A stretch of DNA of 59,775 nt, the filler included, from Sphacelaria rigidula (lineage: Eukaryota), in assembly GCA_964200075.2 (NCBI GenBank). It is 10 parts of 10 records of this genome, joined end to end, with 100 filler letters (N's around TTAATTAATTAA, not from the genome) between each part and the next. Parts side by side here need not be neighbours in the genome. Positions count along the whole stretch, not along the records: positions 47,902 to 53,788 come from CAXNAA020023726.1; positions 53,889 to 59,775 come from CAXNAA020023727.1; 8 more parts are not named here. The stretch is one strand, 5' to 3'. How positions within the stretch are numbered: the stretch's first letter is position 1; every line of letters begins with the position of its first letter. Shown here in pieces: positions 49,414 to 59,775 of this stretch. Below the pieces are notes generated by a model, which saw nothing but the letters and a program-made list of their open reading frames with translations, had not been told where the DNA came from and did no database searches. A program made the translations under genes and the position numbers.

Positions 49414-49736
49414 CGCCTGATCTGATATCTCAGTGCATGCGAGAAGCTCTCCCTCGAAAAAATGTGCATGTATATTAGGGAAAACTCGGTCTTCCGAGCA
49501 AAACCCCCCGTCACACAACTTCAGCAAATCCAACAGCTGTTTCTGTAGACACCCTGATCGGGCACATGTACGTCACGCCAGGGAACGCCCCATGAAACCC
49601 ATGCCCCACCAAGTAGCGTGAGCTGCTTCATGCAACATACGTACAAACGCATCGCGGGAATCATCTGGAACGCCTATAATAGCTAACATATCGATATACG
49701 CACATACAAAACGTATACAAAACAAAACAATATGCC

Positions 49737-52700
49737 TAGTCGCCATCCACCACATTCATCAAGGCTCGCCGATGTCTCTTGAAGAACATGACTTAGAGCG
49801 GTTATGCCAGGATATCAGCGTGCTGCCACTCTGAATCTGCGTACACTATTCTGATGACTTGTGTCTTAACCAACCTAGCCCTATGAAAAATGAAATTCAC
49901 ACCCACGTGGTAGATGCCACTGAACGGAGAGGGTTTCCGGTCGGGACGTTAGCCCCCCACGTTGCTCTCATGAAGAACAATACCCTCCTCTGCTGCACGC
50001 CTCAGCACCACTCTTTTGTGCAGAAAGACAGAACCGCCCTTACAAACATACACAACTTAGCTCCCTCGGCCATTGCGACACACTCGTCCTCGGTGGTGAA
50101 TGAAAACGTACTATCAGTGCTGCGTACGAGTAATGGTGGTGCTATACACCCTTACTCCACCGTGTATCACCGCTACCCGATCGTGTATCCGTTCTCATTT
50201 TTGGCATTTTCAGCATCGCAGTACACCGACAGCACATTCTCTCCTGAACTGAACGTCAAACCATGCTAAGTGATCCTATTCAGGTACGTCAAGACGTTTA
50301 GGGCTCTCTCTCATTCCCTCTCATAGGAATCAATCGATTGAGCATGGGCATGTAATCTGAAACCGATGTAACCTCAAGAACGTTCAAATCGATCCCACGC
50401 ACGTTCACCTCGTGTACTATACGCACATAACGACCGAACGATTTCGGCGAATTTCTCGCTTGACAGCATGCCGTTCGAGTGTGGCGATCCCACCCCCCGC
50501 ACATAGAAAAGACGACTATCGACGACGACACATTGCCGCGCCTCGTCATCTTGAGCGGTCGAGCAAGCTTTCCGCTACCGCCGTGCTTCTCACTAGCCAC
50601 CGAAGCACTACGACACGCAAAAACACTGAGAAATCAGAGTGAAACACCTCGCTTGTGTTTCTAGGAAACCGTTTCTTCTGCATAAATCACGAAAACAACA
50701 CCTCCTTCCGATACACCAAGTCTACCCTATACACATCAAGCCGCGGCTCGCCACCAAACTAAGACGACTGCAGCTCTCCTCTCTCATGTAGTTCTCACCA
50801 CGTCTTCAACCCCCCTTTTAGTTCGCGGGTGGCCAACTTAAACCAGCCTTCGCGCGACCCTATCGACCCATGCACGAACCAATTGCGCCGTGTTCTTTAC
50901 AGGCTATATAGGCACGCCAGCTGCTGATCAACGCCCCATGCGTTCCGCACGTGCGATATCGTAGCCCACCCTACCACCGCCTCAGAACTATCCTCACTCT
51001 AGTCTAACCAGACCCTCTCGACGTCATTACGAATTGAGCTATGCTTGTTTGCTGCTTGCTGATCGGACTCACGGATCCACTGGCTTGTTGTGTCAGCCAC
51101 TAACAGCGGACCCAAAAATCAGTTGTCGGGGAATTCTGTCACTCGGCGCTAGTGAACAAAAACTAGCTGCGAGGACTCGTCACATCATAGACTCGTCGGC
51201 TTATGCAGCTGTAAGCATTCATATTTCCCCCTATGATAGCTGTTCACTTTACAAGAGGCCAACGTCTCATCTCCTCCTTTCACCGAGTGACAAACCAACT
51301 CCAGACCATCTAGAAAATACACTCACGAAGTCCACCTATGATACCCGCAGACCTGCGATCTATCAACCAGTCCCAGACACGCCTACTACAACACCTGCCA
51401 CGACTGCATTCGTGTACTTGACGTCATTAACAACGATACCCGGAGCCCACACTCTGCGATGAAGAATTAAAAGCGCAATGCCAATTTGCTGCGTTTCGTA
51501 AGATACTCAGATAGTACAATACCGTGTACCGTGCACATGTTCTATAATCACCCGTACCGTCGCACGGACGATAGCCGCGCAGCTGTGTACAGAAAAATAT
51601 CATATATTAAAACGCAAATCGTCTCACGAAGTGAACGAAAAATATTAAAAATACCAAAGGAACAGTTGACAGCAAAAGCGATTTACCGACGCGGAACAAA
51701 AGCGACACATAACCCCCCCCCCCCCCAAAGTTGACAAAGACTTTTACCTGCCCTAAAATGTTCTGGAGGATTATGTTGGCCGTAGTCTGACAGCGCTAGA
51801 ATCGACTCACACCTTTGACGTTTCAAACCCACCTAGAATACTAGACTCCCATATTTTAAGCAATATATCTTGTTCTCACGACTATCCGATGCCAAGTGGC
51901 ATGCACTCCATTTTTGTTGCGACAATTCTTGCTTTGCCGTACGCTCAACATAGTCGTGATAATCGTATCACTACTTCCTCCACAAGGGGGGGGGGTGAGC
52001 GACATTGTCGATCTGGTACCGTAGACCACCATGTATCTATTACCCGCATGTGAAATACTCATCCTTCGGCGACACGCTTTCGGTTATGTTTACCAACATG
52101 GCACCCACAGTATGTACCTACGCGGATACGCGCTACAACCATTCCTCCAGCGCAAACAAACGTACGACCCGCAAGTTACACATTTTCGGACCCTAAAACC
52201 TTGTCACCATGAATCGTTTACACCGTCCTCCTCGGGCGGTGGCTGGGCGTCCCTTGTTTGGTGGACGATATCTCTGGGGCTACGCTGGTGAGGTCGGTGC
52301 GTGATCCTAAATCCTGCGTATTGCCTCCGTGTAGTTTGTTAGATATACAACATAGTTTGCATTGTACTAGGAGATACGATAAAGACGGTGCGAAACGGCT
52401 TGCTGGTCGGTAACATTGGCGCCTGAAGAATATATCTAAGCTATTCACTTCACTGTAGCCACATGTTGTACTCAAGCCGTTTTCACGCAGGATGGTGCCG
52501 ATGAGGTTTAAGCTAAATTTTCCCAGTCATCATTATTTTGCAGATCATGAAGCGCATCCACTCTGCTCGCTGCCGATTCACCGAGCCCCGTGCCGATCAC
52601 ATGGTTCACGAGACGATCGCACAATTCCGCACACTGTTCGTCGTCGTGAGTTTTCCCGTTTCTTGTCCCGCCCATGTAAGAGGCAGATTGCAGCACAGAG

Positions 52701-52900
52701 AAAAGCTTGGAACGCACGAGCTCATCCTTCTCATCAGCAGTCTTCGCGCTGCCGACTGCAGTGTAGAGCGAGAACGTGGCTTCCGGATTGTAGTAGATTT
52801 CCTCGATCCCTGAGTAACGAGAAGGCAATTGAGAGAACTGTGTGAGACGTTTTCAAAGCAAGGCAAACTCACTAGTCCGAAGTAGGTGGGGACTACACGG
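49737..52900 (-). mobile_element. Heavily decayed Ty1/copia retrotransposon (gag-protease...RT-RNase H)
   Basis: RNase H end at ~49737-50270: LSVYCDA, TTEDECVAMAEGAKLCMFVRAVLSF and VKTQVIRIVYADSEWQHADIL..PL...FFKRHRRALMN. Gag-like segment at ~52370-52900 (GANVTDQQAVSHRLYRIS) and a knuckle remnant KCVTCG at ~52170. Many stops and frameshifts. Confidence 0.75.
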
Positions 52901-53788
52901 AGGATTCCGAATGAGCACCTTCGGTACCGCCACGTGTACCCGGTGGAAAGTCAGGGGAATCCCGGGCATGAGAATCGAATCATCCACGCCGTCTATTCTT
53001 CGACAATCTCCTGTCTTGAACACGATCATCCCTGTAATGCTAATGAGGACCACGTGCTTAGGAGATCGCATCGTAGTCCGAAACACCTCAGAATCAACAT
53101 TTCTCAAACCCCTTTGGGCCCGTCCCTGCAGGGAGCGCGCCCCTTACCCTATCCCCAACATGAACCCTAACCCTACTGGTGTTTAAATTCTCATGCGGGC
53201 CCCCAAGCACGCGACCCTCCCACGCATCAAAACTCCTTCAACCAGACGAAGGCACACTGAATATACACCCAGCGCTATTCCCTCAACAGTTTGCGATCCA
53301 TTCGGACAATTCGCGCGTGATCCTCAGCCTATCGCGCCCGCCATCTGCTCTTACCTCGGGTATGGCACGAGTCATCATGGCACATATCCACCATTTGCCC
53401 CACGTCATGAACCACTTCATAAAACTGCGCGGTCAACACGAACACGCGACGCCGCAACTCTCTCGGTATAAACGAGAACTTGTTGGAGTGATCGGCCGTC
53501 TCACAGCGGCAGGTCGCCAGGAGGTTGAACGGACACGTCATTGTGTGCTGCTGTATGTAGCCCAGAATGAATGTTGAAACAATTGTGCGAATCTCCCACC
53601 TGCGCAAAGAAAGGCAAAAAACCAGTATATATGTGTATCGATATCTCGAGCTGAGGGGTTGTCTGGCGCAAACATGTTCTACGAGTCACCGGGGGAGGAG
53701 ATGGTGGGTGGGGGGGGGGGGGCGTATTCTTTATCCCCTGAGGCTCGCTTCCGACCGCGCCCCCGGGGCGCGCAAGGACGAGCCCGGC

Positions 53789-53888
53789 NNNNNNNNNNNN
53801 NNNNNNNNNNNNNNNNNNNNNNNNNNNNNNNNTTAATTAATTAANNNNNNNNNNNNNNNNNNNNNNNNNNNNNNNNNNNNNNNNNNNN
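53789..53888. other. Artificial contig linker
   Basis: N44-TTAATTAATTAA-N44. Confidence 0.99.
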
Positions 53889-56800
53889 TTCAAAAATAAC
53901 AAGCCAGGAGCGCCCATCTCGTGAAATGTCCCCCGTCTCGTATTTTTTCCCCGAGAATCATGTGAAATAACCAACCGGAAGAAACGGCCTAAGAGTTGGC
54001 CTTACAGCGAACAAAACAATGTCTTGTAAAAACGGCATTTTCGGTCCTTCATCGTTCCACGCCGTGAAAGAGAGCTAGGCGGAGGTTGACACCTTGGAAT
54101 GAATTGCTCTACTCATTGAGGCGGGAAAAGAACAAGTGTCCAAAAGGATCGACTTACATGGAAATCAATCTCGATTCCGTGAAGACGTCTCATATTTGCG
54201 AGACTCAGATCCGTGGGGACCGTTTTATGGTCTCACAGGTTTGTGAAATAGTTTCGCAGTCATTTCTTGGATTAGTGTGGTATCGCATACTTGTGAAGCC
54301 GGAGAGCAGGGAGGCGGTGAATAATCCTCCGAGTAAAGTGTCGTACCGTGGTACCCTAGGGTAATACAGTGCAGGGCACTCCATCAGTAGAGCAGAAAAT
54401 ATTACCATCGCCGCAGGGTGCGGGGTGACCACTTCTTATCCGCTTGTCAAACCCCATGCGAAGCTCCTCCGGCGCGGGCATGCTCACCCTGTGCTGTCAC
54501 GAGACTGTCTTGTGCTGCGGTTGGGAAAATATCAAACGCCTCTTACTCTACCATGATGCGTCAATGTACGTACGCCACCTCAAAATCGAAAGGACATCAG
54601 CTTTCCCCCGATTTTTCGCAAAAATTCAGGGGAAACCGTTCTGAAATCACGGCACCCCCATTTTTCTTCCCCGATTTGGCCCAGATCGGGATTCATAGAA
54701 TGCGATTCCTGAATTGTTTTCCCCCCAACCTGCGCAAAATCGAGATTGATGGCTGCCATAAAAAAAGTCGGTCTGATCACTTCTCGAAAAATCACTTTTG
54801 GAGAAAACGGCCAGTGGTGGGTCGCTGGGATACCAACACGAGGCAAGCATCCATCATCGCCGGTGGCATTCACCGACTGCATCGCCACGCAGATATGACA
54901 GGTTTGTTGTTCCACCGTTCAACTTCTTACATGCCATTCGACAATCCGATCTCCATCTGCTTGACGAAATAGCAATCCAAGCCTTCAGACAAGGGAGAAC
55001 AAGAATGAAAAAAGGCATTGGATCATCGTCCATCGTTAATTCCATCCATCAAACATACACGCCAAGTACGCGTTGAGGGTGCTGCCACTCATCGGGAGAG
55101 AATAATCTCCACACGACGTGTACTCGTGGGCATATTTTACACTCTGAAAAATTTACGGCATGATAACCGAGTTGATGATGGATATATATATGTATGTATA
55201 TAGTCTTCCCTTCCATCACCAACGCCAAAACTCGTACCCACCTGCACGACATGAAAGACAACTACTAGTGCTGCTGCTGTAAAAGTCTCAGCGTGAATGT
55301 ATGTCTATCCCAATTTCGTCCAATATACCGCCGCGACTCGGGAGAAAACAAGCATCTGCTGTTTAAACTAAAGAAAGAACAAAAAACGATATTCCCCCGC
55401 TGAAAAAAGACACATACATGGTGTCAAACTGCGAATTTCACTGGACTAGCGAACAAGCTACAGGAGAACTATCTTGTCTAAAACAGACAGGACACACACG
55501 CAGTACACGATAAAACAGACCGCAAACTTGACACCACCAGGTCACAAAAAAACGATCAGGCGTATGTATACAGAAGCAAAGAGTTCAAAAATCAAGTCCG
55601 CCTCAGCTCACACACTCACAGGAACATCTCGGCCGACAAAAAAAGGACCACGAACCACGGGAGGAGAGTTGTTCTGGTCAAAGCTTACCGCACAAGAGAA
55701 AAAAAAAGTCGGCCAACCGCGCAAGGCACCACGTAAACACGACACTCGATCATTTTTGTGTTTGTGTTGGAACATGAAAAAAAAAACATTCGCGAGACCA
55801 TCAAAACATACACACGCATCGTACCAACTATCGTGCGTTTAAAACAGGAAACAGGGGGCGACACGGTCTCGTCACACTGTCCCGCAAAATAGCGTCAACG
55901 ACCAACAAATACTTCGTAGTTACAACAGGCCAGCCCACGAACCCAGAGGGGCAAAAATCATCCGCGATATCTTCGCAAATATCGTCCTGCCGCGCCCAAG
56001 TGTGAACATGCGCGGTCCATAAAAAACATCTAAGAATGGTTTCAAGGAACAGACGATAGACGACGCTTGGGGAACGCGGGAAGGCACAAACGACAACAAA
56101 GGCCGGGTGCTCTGTCTGACTACAGATCATGCAGTGCGAGCCAGCATCACACGTGAACTGCCCTTGAACGCCCTGTTGGACGCGCGGGCACGCCCTCTAG
56201 GACTACGCTGCACTGACCGCGCACAACGGTATGGAATTCGGCAGCAGCGTGGGCTAACGCTCGAACATCCACTGAATTTCAACCTTCCACCCGATGCCCT
56301 ACTATCTACCTGAAACCTCTCCTCCATTCACCCTCTAGTGGAACGAGCATTTGCACCGGTGTAGTCAAAGGCAAGGTAGCAAAGGAGTTACCTACCTCCG
56401 CCAACAGACATTGCAGAAATAGAAGAGGACAACATGACGCTCTTCTTACTGTTGCTAACATACTGCTACCGGTTACTTGCAAAATGTGCAACATCCTTGC
56501 CCCATATTCCGAATCATACGATGTGTGCCGTTGAAAATAGACGCTACCCCGGCACAGTATCTAACACGATCCATCCCGATGCTACCCCCGGTCGATAAAA
56601 TTACCTCACCCTCCCCTTACTCCCACACGCCATTGCTCTTATCCATAGGTTTCTTCAGGTTTGCCGAATGAGATTCAATCCATTCGCCTCCCTGGCACAA
56701 AACACACACGCAGTTTCAACATGACCTCGACAGCTTGGTGCCCCAACCCCACCCACCCCCTCACCCCACCCCCACTTCCCCCTTCGGCTCGACACACACG

Positions 56801-57985
56801 ACAGACAATGTTGAAATGTCCCAGATACCCCCAAGCCAAACAGTCAGCGTCTCAGATACTACTGAAGTAAACAGTTAGCGCGTACTGTTCAGCTCGGTGG
56901 TATCTGTGACATCTCAACCGACAACACACATTGGACTGGTCAGGCCGTTGAAGCGATCAGCCGAGTTGACACCCACTTCAATCTGCGACTGATTGTCGCC
57001 CCCGACCCCCATTTTTTCCACTTCACAGGGTTCACTTCTTGAGGACATCGAACAACAACACGAGAAACTTTCTGATTTCCATACACAGTACAGTACAGCG
57101 CCGAGTTTTGTTTTTTCAACAAGCAAGCAAGCCAACGCATACTGTACATGTGCAGCGGGAAAACGAACACAGACAAACGAGACAGAGACAGACAAGACAG
57201 AGACAGACAAGACAGAGACAGACGGAGGGCACGACACGTCACGTCAAAATCCACCGAGTTACACACACAAAACAACAGAAAGACCTACGAAAAAGCAATC
57301 ACTTGATCGGTGCAACGGAGACATCAACAACAGAGAAAAACAACAAATGCTTCGAAGAAATGCATGAAAAGAAAAAGAACAAGACAGCGACAAAGTGGCT
57401 GTAAGGCAGCCAAGTAGCTTACCTATACAATCTGTGGATTGGCGAGGGCGGGAATTGATTTCGACCATACCCCACAGCTACATCCAGGAACACCATTTTA
57501 TCGCTCGGAAACAGGAAGCAGTATAAGCCTCTTTTTTTTGCTGCCCAACGTCGTTCGGCGTCGTTGGGCGACATATGCAATGCTGCACAGCAATGGCGTG
57601 CAATCTCGGTACGGCTCTAGATGGCCCATGAAGATGATCACCTTGTCTTCGCTCACTCCTGCAACGGAGACCGTTTCTCGCGATCGTGCATGTTCCCCGG
57701 GAGCAAGACACGCTTTCGCACCAATGAATGCATGCGACACAAACACAAGGGATGAATTCAACAATCCCTCCACTCCCTACTCATCACTACCACTTCCCTC
57801 TCTTTCCCCCCAACAACAATTCCACTCTCCTACCCCGATTTCGAGAGGTTTCATGATACCGCAGGGCAGGCATACAGGATGCCTTCCTCTTTTTTCCGAA
57901 CCTCCTCCCTCCCCCCCCTACCCGACCCGGCGCAACATGTGGTGACGTGGGAGAGAGTCCAGCCGAGCAAGCCGCACCCACCACT

Positions 57986-58118
57986 TCACTTACGCACGTT
58001 ACTGGAGAGCTCCTCCGCATACTTTTCTTTTGCTTCGCGCTCGAGCTCAGGATCGACCTGCCCTGTTACAGGGTCGGTGCCCAGCGGGCGACGGAACAGC
58101 AGGATGTGCGGCTCCGGC
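57986..58118 (-). CDS. CKS1: Cyclin-dependent kinase regulatory subunit, 3' exon
   Basis: (R)PEPHILLFRRPLGTDPVTGQVDPELEREAKEKYAEELSSNVRK*. The exon could instead end at an AAC|GTGCGT donor (57998). Confidence 0.9.
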
Positions 58119-59097
58119 CTGGTTGTCGTGCGGGAGCGCATCATACGGGGGTATATTGCGGGGCGCCGGGGGTTGTGTACTCATGATCATGCATGCCATA
58201 GTCATGAGATAATTGCGGTGCGGGAAGGTGAACGCTATTGGTCTTAGCTCCTACATACGCCTGTCTGTGCTGAGGAATGCTTGGTTTTGCTGTGGGGACC
58301 CCGCGGGGAAGAATCGGGAGCGTCATACAGCAAACACCACGGACAATATTCACGTGCACTCGGCTAGCACACCTTCGACGCTGATAGATCCAGTCATAAG
58401 GGCGCGATTCCAGACGAGAACGATAGATTTTTCTCCCGTACACAGAAAGATGGCGTGTTAATTAAATGTCGCAGCTACCACACCGGGCAAGCTACGTCGC
58501 GTTTTTCACGCGTGCACCGTAGAGACGAGAGCCGAGTGTTGGGCCATCGAAATGCTGTACATGGGGGGTGTCTTCAAGTGTGATGGTGTACGATGGTAAC
58601 AATTTGAGCGGGGTACGGTACCGCCTAGTTCTCAAATTTCCGGAGTATTGTTCCCCGGTGTATCTGAGGTGCAGATTATTGAAAATATGAGATGAGCTGG
58701 AGTATCGACTACCGATAATTCAGAGAACTGAAAGGCACCTGAATATCGACTGTCGAAAGTACCGATTACTCCACATAATTCAGAAGATTGACTCCTCCAT
58801 TGTATTTAGCACCTCATTTGATCGTGCTGGTACTCGGAGTCAGTGCAATAGCCACGATACCCGGTACCCCCCATTACCCGGAGGGCGCAGAGCAAAATTA
58901 CCAAGTACCCCAAAAATACTCTGGAGTAGCGATCGCCCGAACTACCGAGTATTCCAGGCGACACATTCATTATGGATGACCCAATTAACTTGAACTGGGG
59001 CCCTACTTCGTCCTCACCAACTTTAGGGCAAATCAGGGAGGGGGAAAATTACACAATACATGGTACAGTCAACCATGTTCCATACGTCGAAACGCAC

Positions 59098-59220
59098 CGG
59101 TGAATGGCGTAATGCTGCCACCCGCGGCTCTGTTGGACCCCCAGATTCCTCCACTCGTCCTCTTCCAACAGTCTTGATTGTGGAACCATCATCGCCTGTT
59201 CCTTCGGGAGCATCACATGC
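59098..59220 (-). CDS. CKS1: CKS1 internal exon
   Basis: (R)[40 protein letters not shown](R); CTGCAG acceptor and CG|GTGCGT donor. Confidence 0.95.
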
Positions 59221-59775
59221 CTGCAGTACGAATCAACAGTGCACACGTGCGCCAGCACATGAGGAACAAACGGATTTCCGGGAACATTGCGCCCGTTGCT
59301 TCTTGTGCTTTTCAGGTCGTGACCAAGTAGCTGTTGCCCCAATAACGCACGTTCCACCACTCGGACTGAGGAAACTGAGTCGACACCTCCTTTTTCATCG
59401 ACCCCTCCGTTGTCCTGGTGGTTCCGACTCATCGAATGCCACCAAAACAGCCCAAAATCCAATCCTAACCATTGAGCTGGCACCCAGGGGGACGATATTT
59501 CCAATTGTGGAAAGGCGTGTGCAATCTACGGTGCGAGACCCCACTTCAAGTCGGTCCCACGCCGTTCCGAGTCACCTCCTGTACTATTTGTGCATCGTCA
59601 TCCATTTTTTGGCGACAAGGTCGCCAAGACTTGTGATGGCGAAGGTAATTACATGTACCACCAGGATCATCTTATACAGTATCGGCCCGCTCATGAGAAA
59701 CTCATTTTTAAGAAAGCCAGCCTCAGGATTTTCAAAAATTAAGAAATGGCCTAGGCTCGGCATCTGCTGCAACAT

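Noticed and set aside
52508..53607. Intronless ORFs as a possible endogenous phaeovirus gene or RNase H
   Set aside because: No viral hallmark motif. Position and motifs fit the gag end of the decayed copia element on the same strand.

Overview
This window is not one locus. It is ten unrelated contigs (five of 5888 bp, then five of 5887 bp) joined by an artificial 100-nt linker (N44-TTAATTAATTAA-N44). The DNA is eukaryotic, with GC-rich exons in long repeat-filled introns; a brown alga (Phaeophyceae) is my inference. Host gene fragments recognised by exon stitching: EEF1AKMT1/EFM5 (3 exons), a PhoD-like protein that appears to have lost its metal ligands (about 7 exons), a P-class PPR protein exon, an organelle-presequence-like first exon, 3-isopropylmalate dehydratase large subunit (2 exons), IFT172 (6 exons) and CKS1 (2 exons). 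The rest is transposon DNA: nested Ty3/gypsy remnants with two inverted 539-bp LTR copies, a second gypsy gag-protease, a decayed Ty1/copia, a tRNA-derived SINE family with a (CA)n tail, LINE-like 3' tails and several MITE/foldback families. I found no prokaryotic-style novel system. The best leads are the putative PhoD pseudoenzyme, a possible tRNA-independent (self-priming) PBS in the gypsy LTR, and a CAC...GTG, 8-bp-TSD transposon family carrying a hairpin minisatellite. All family assignments are by eye from remembered motifs; no searches were run.
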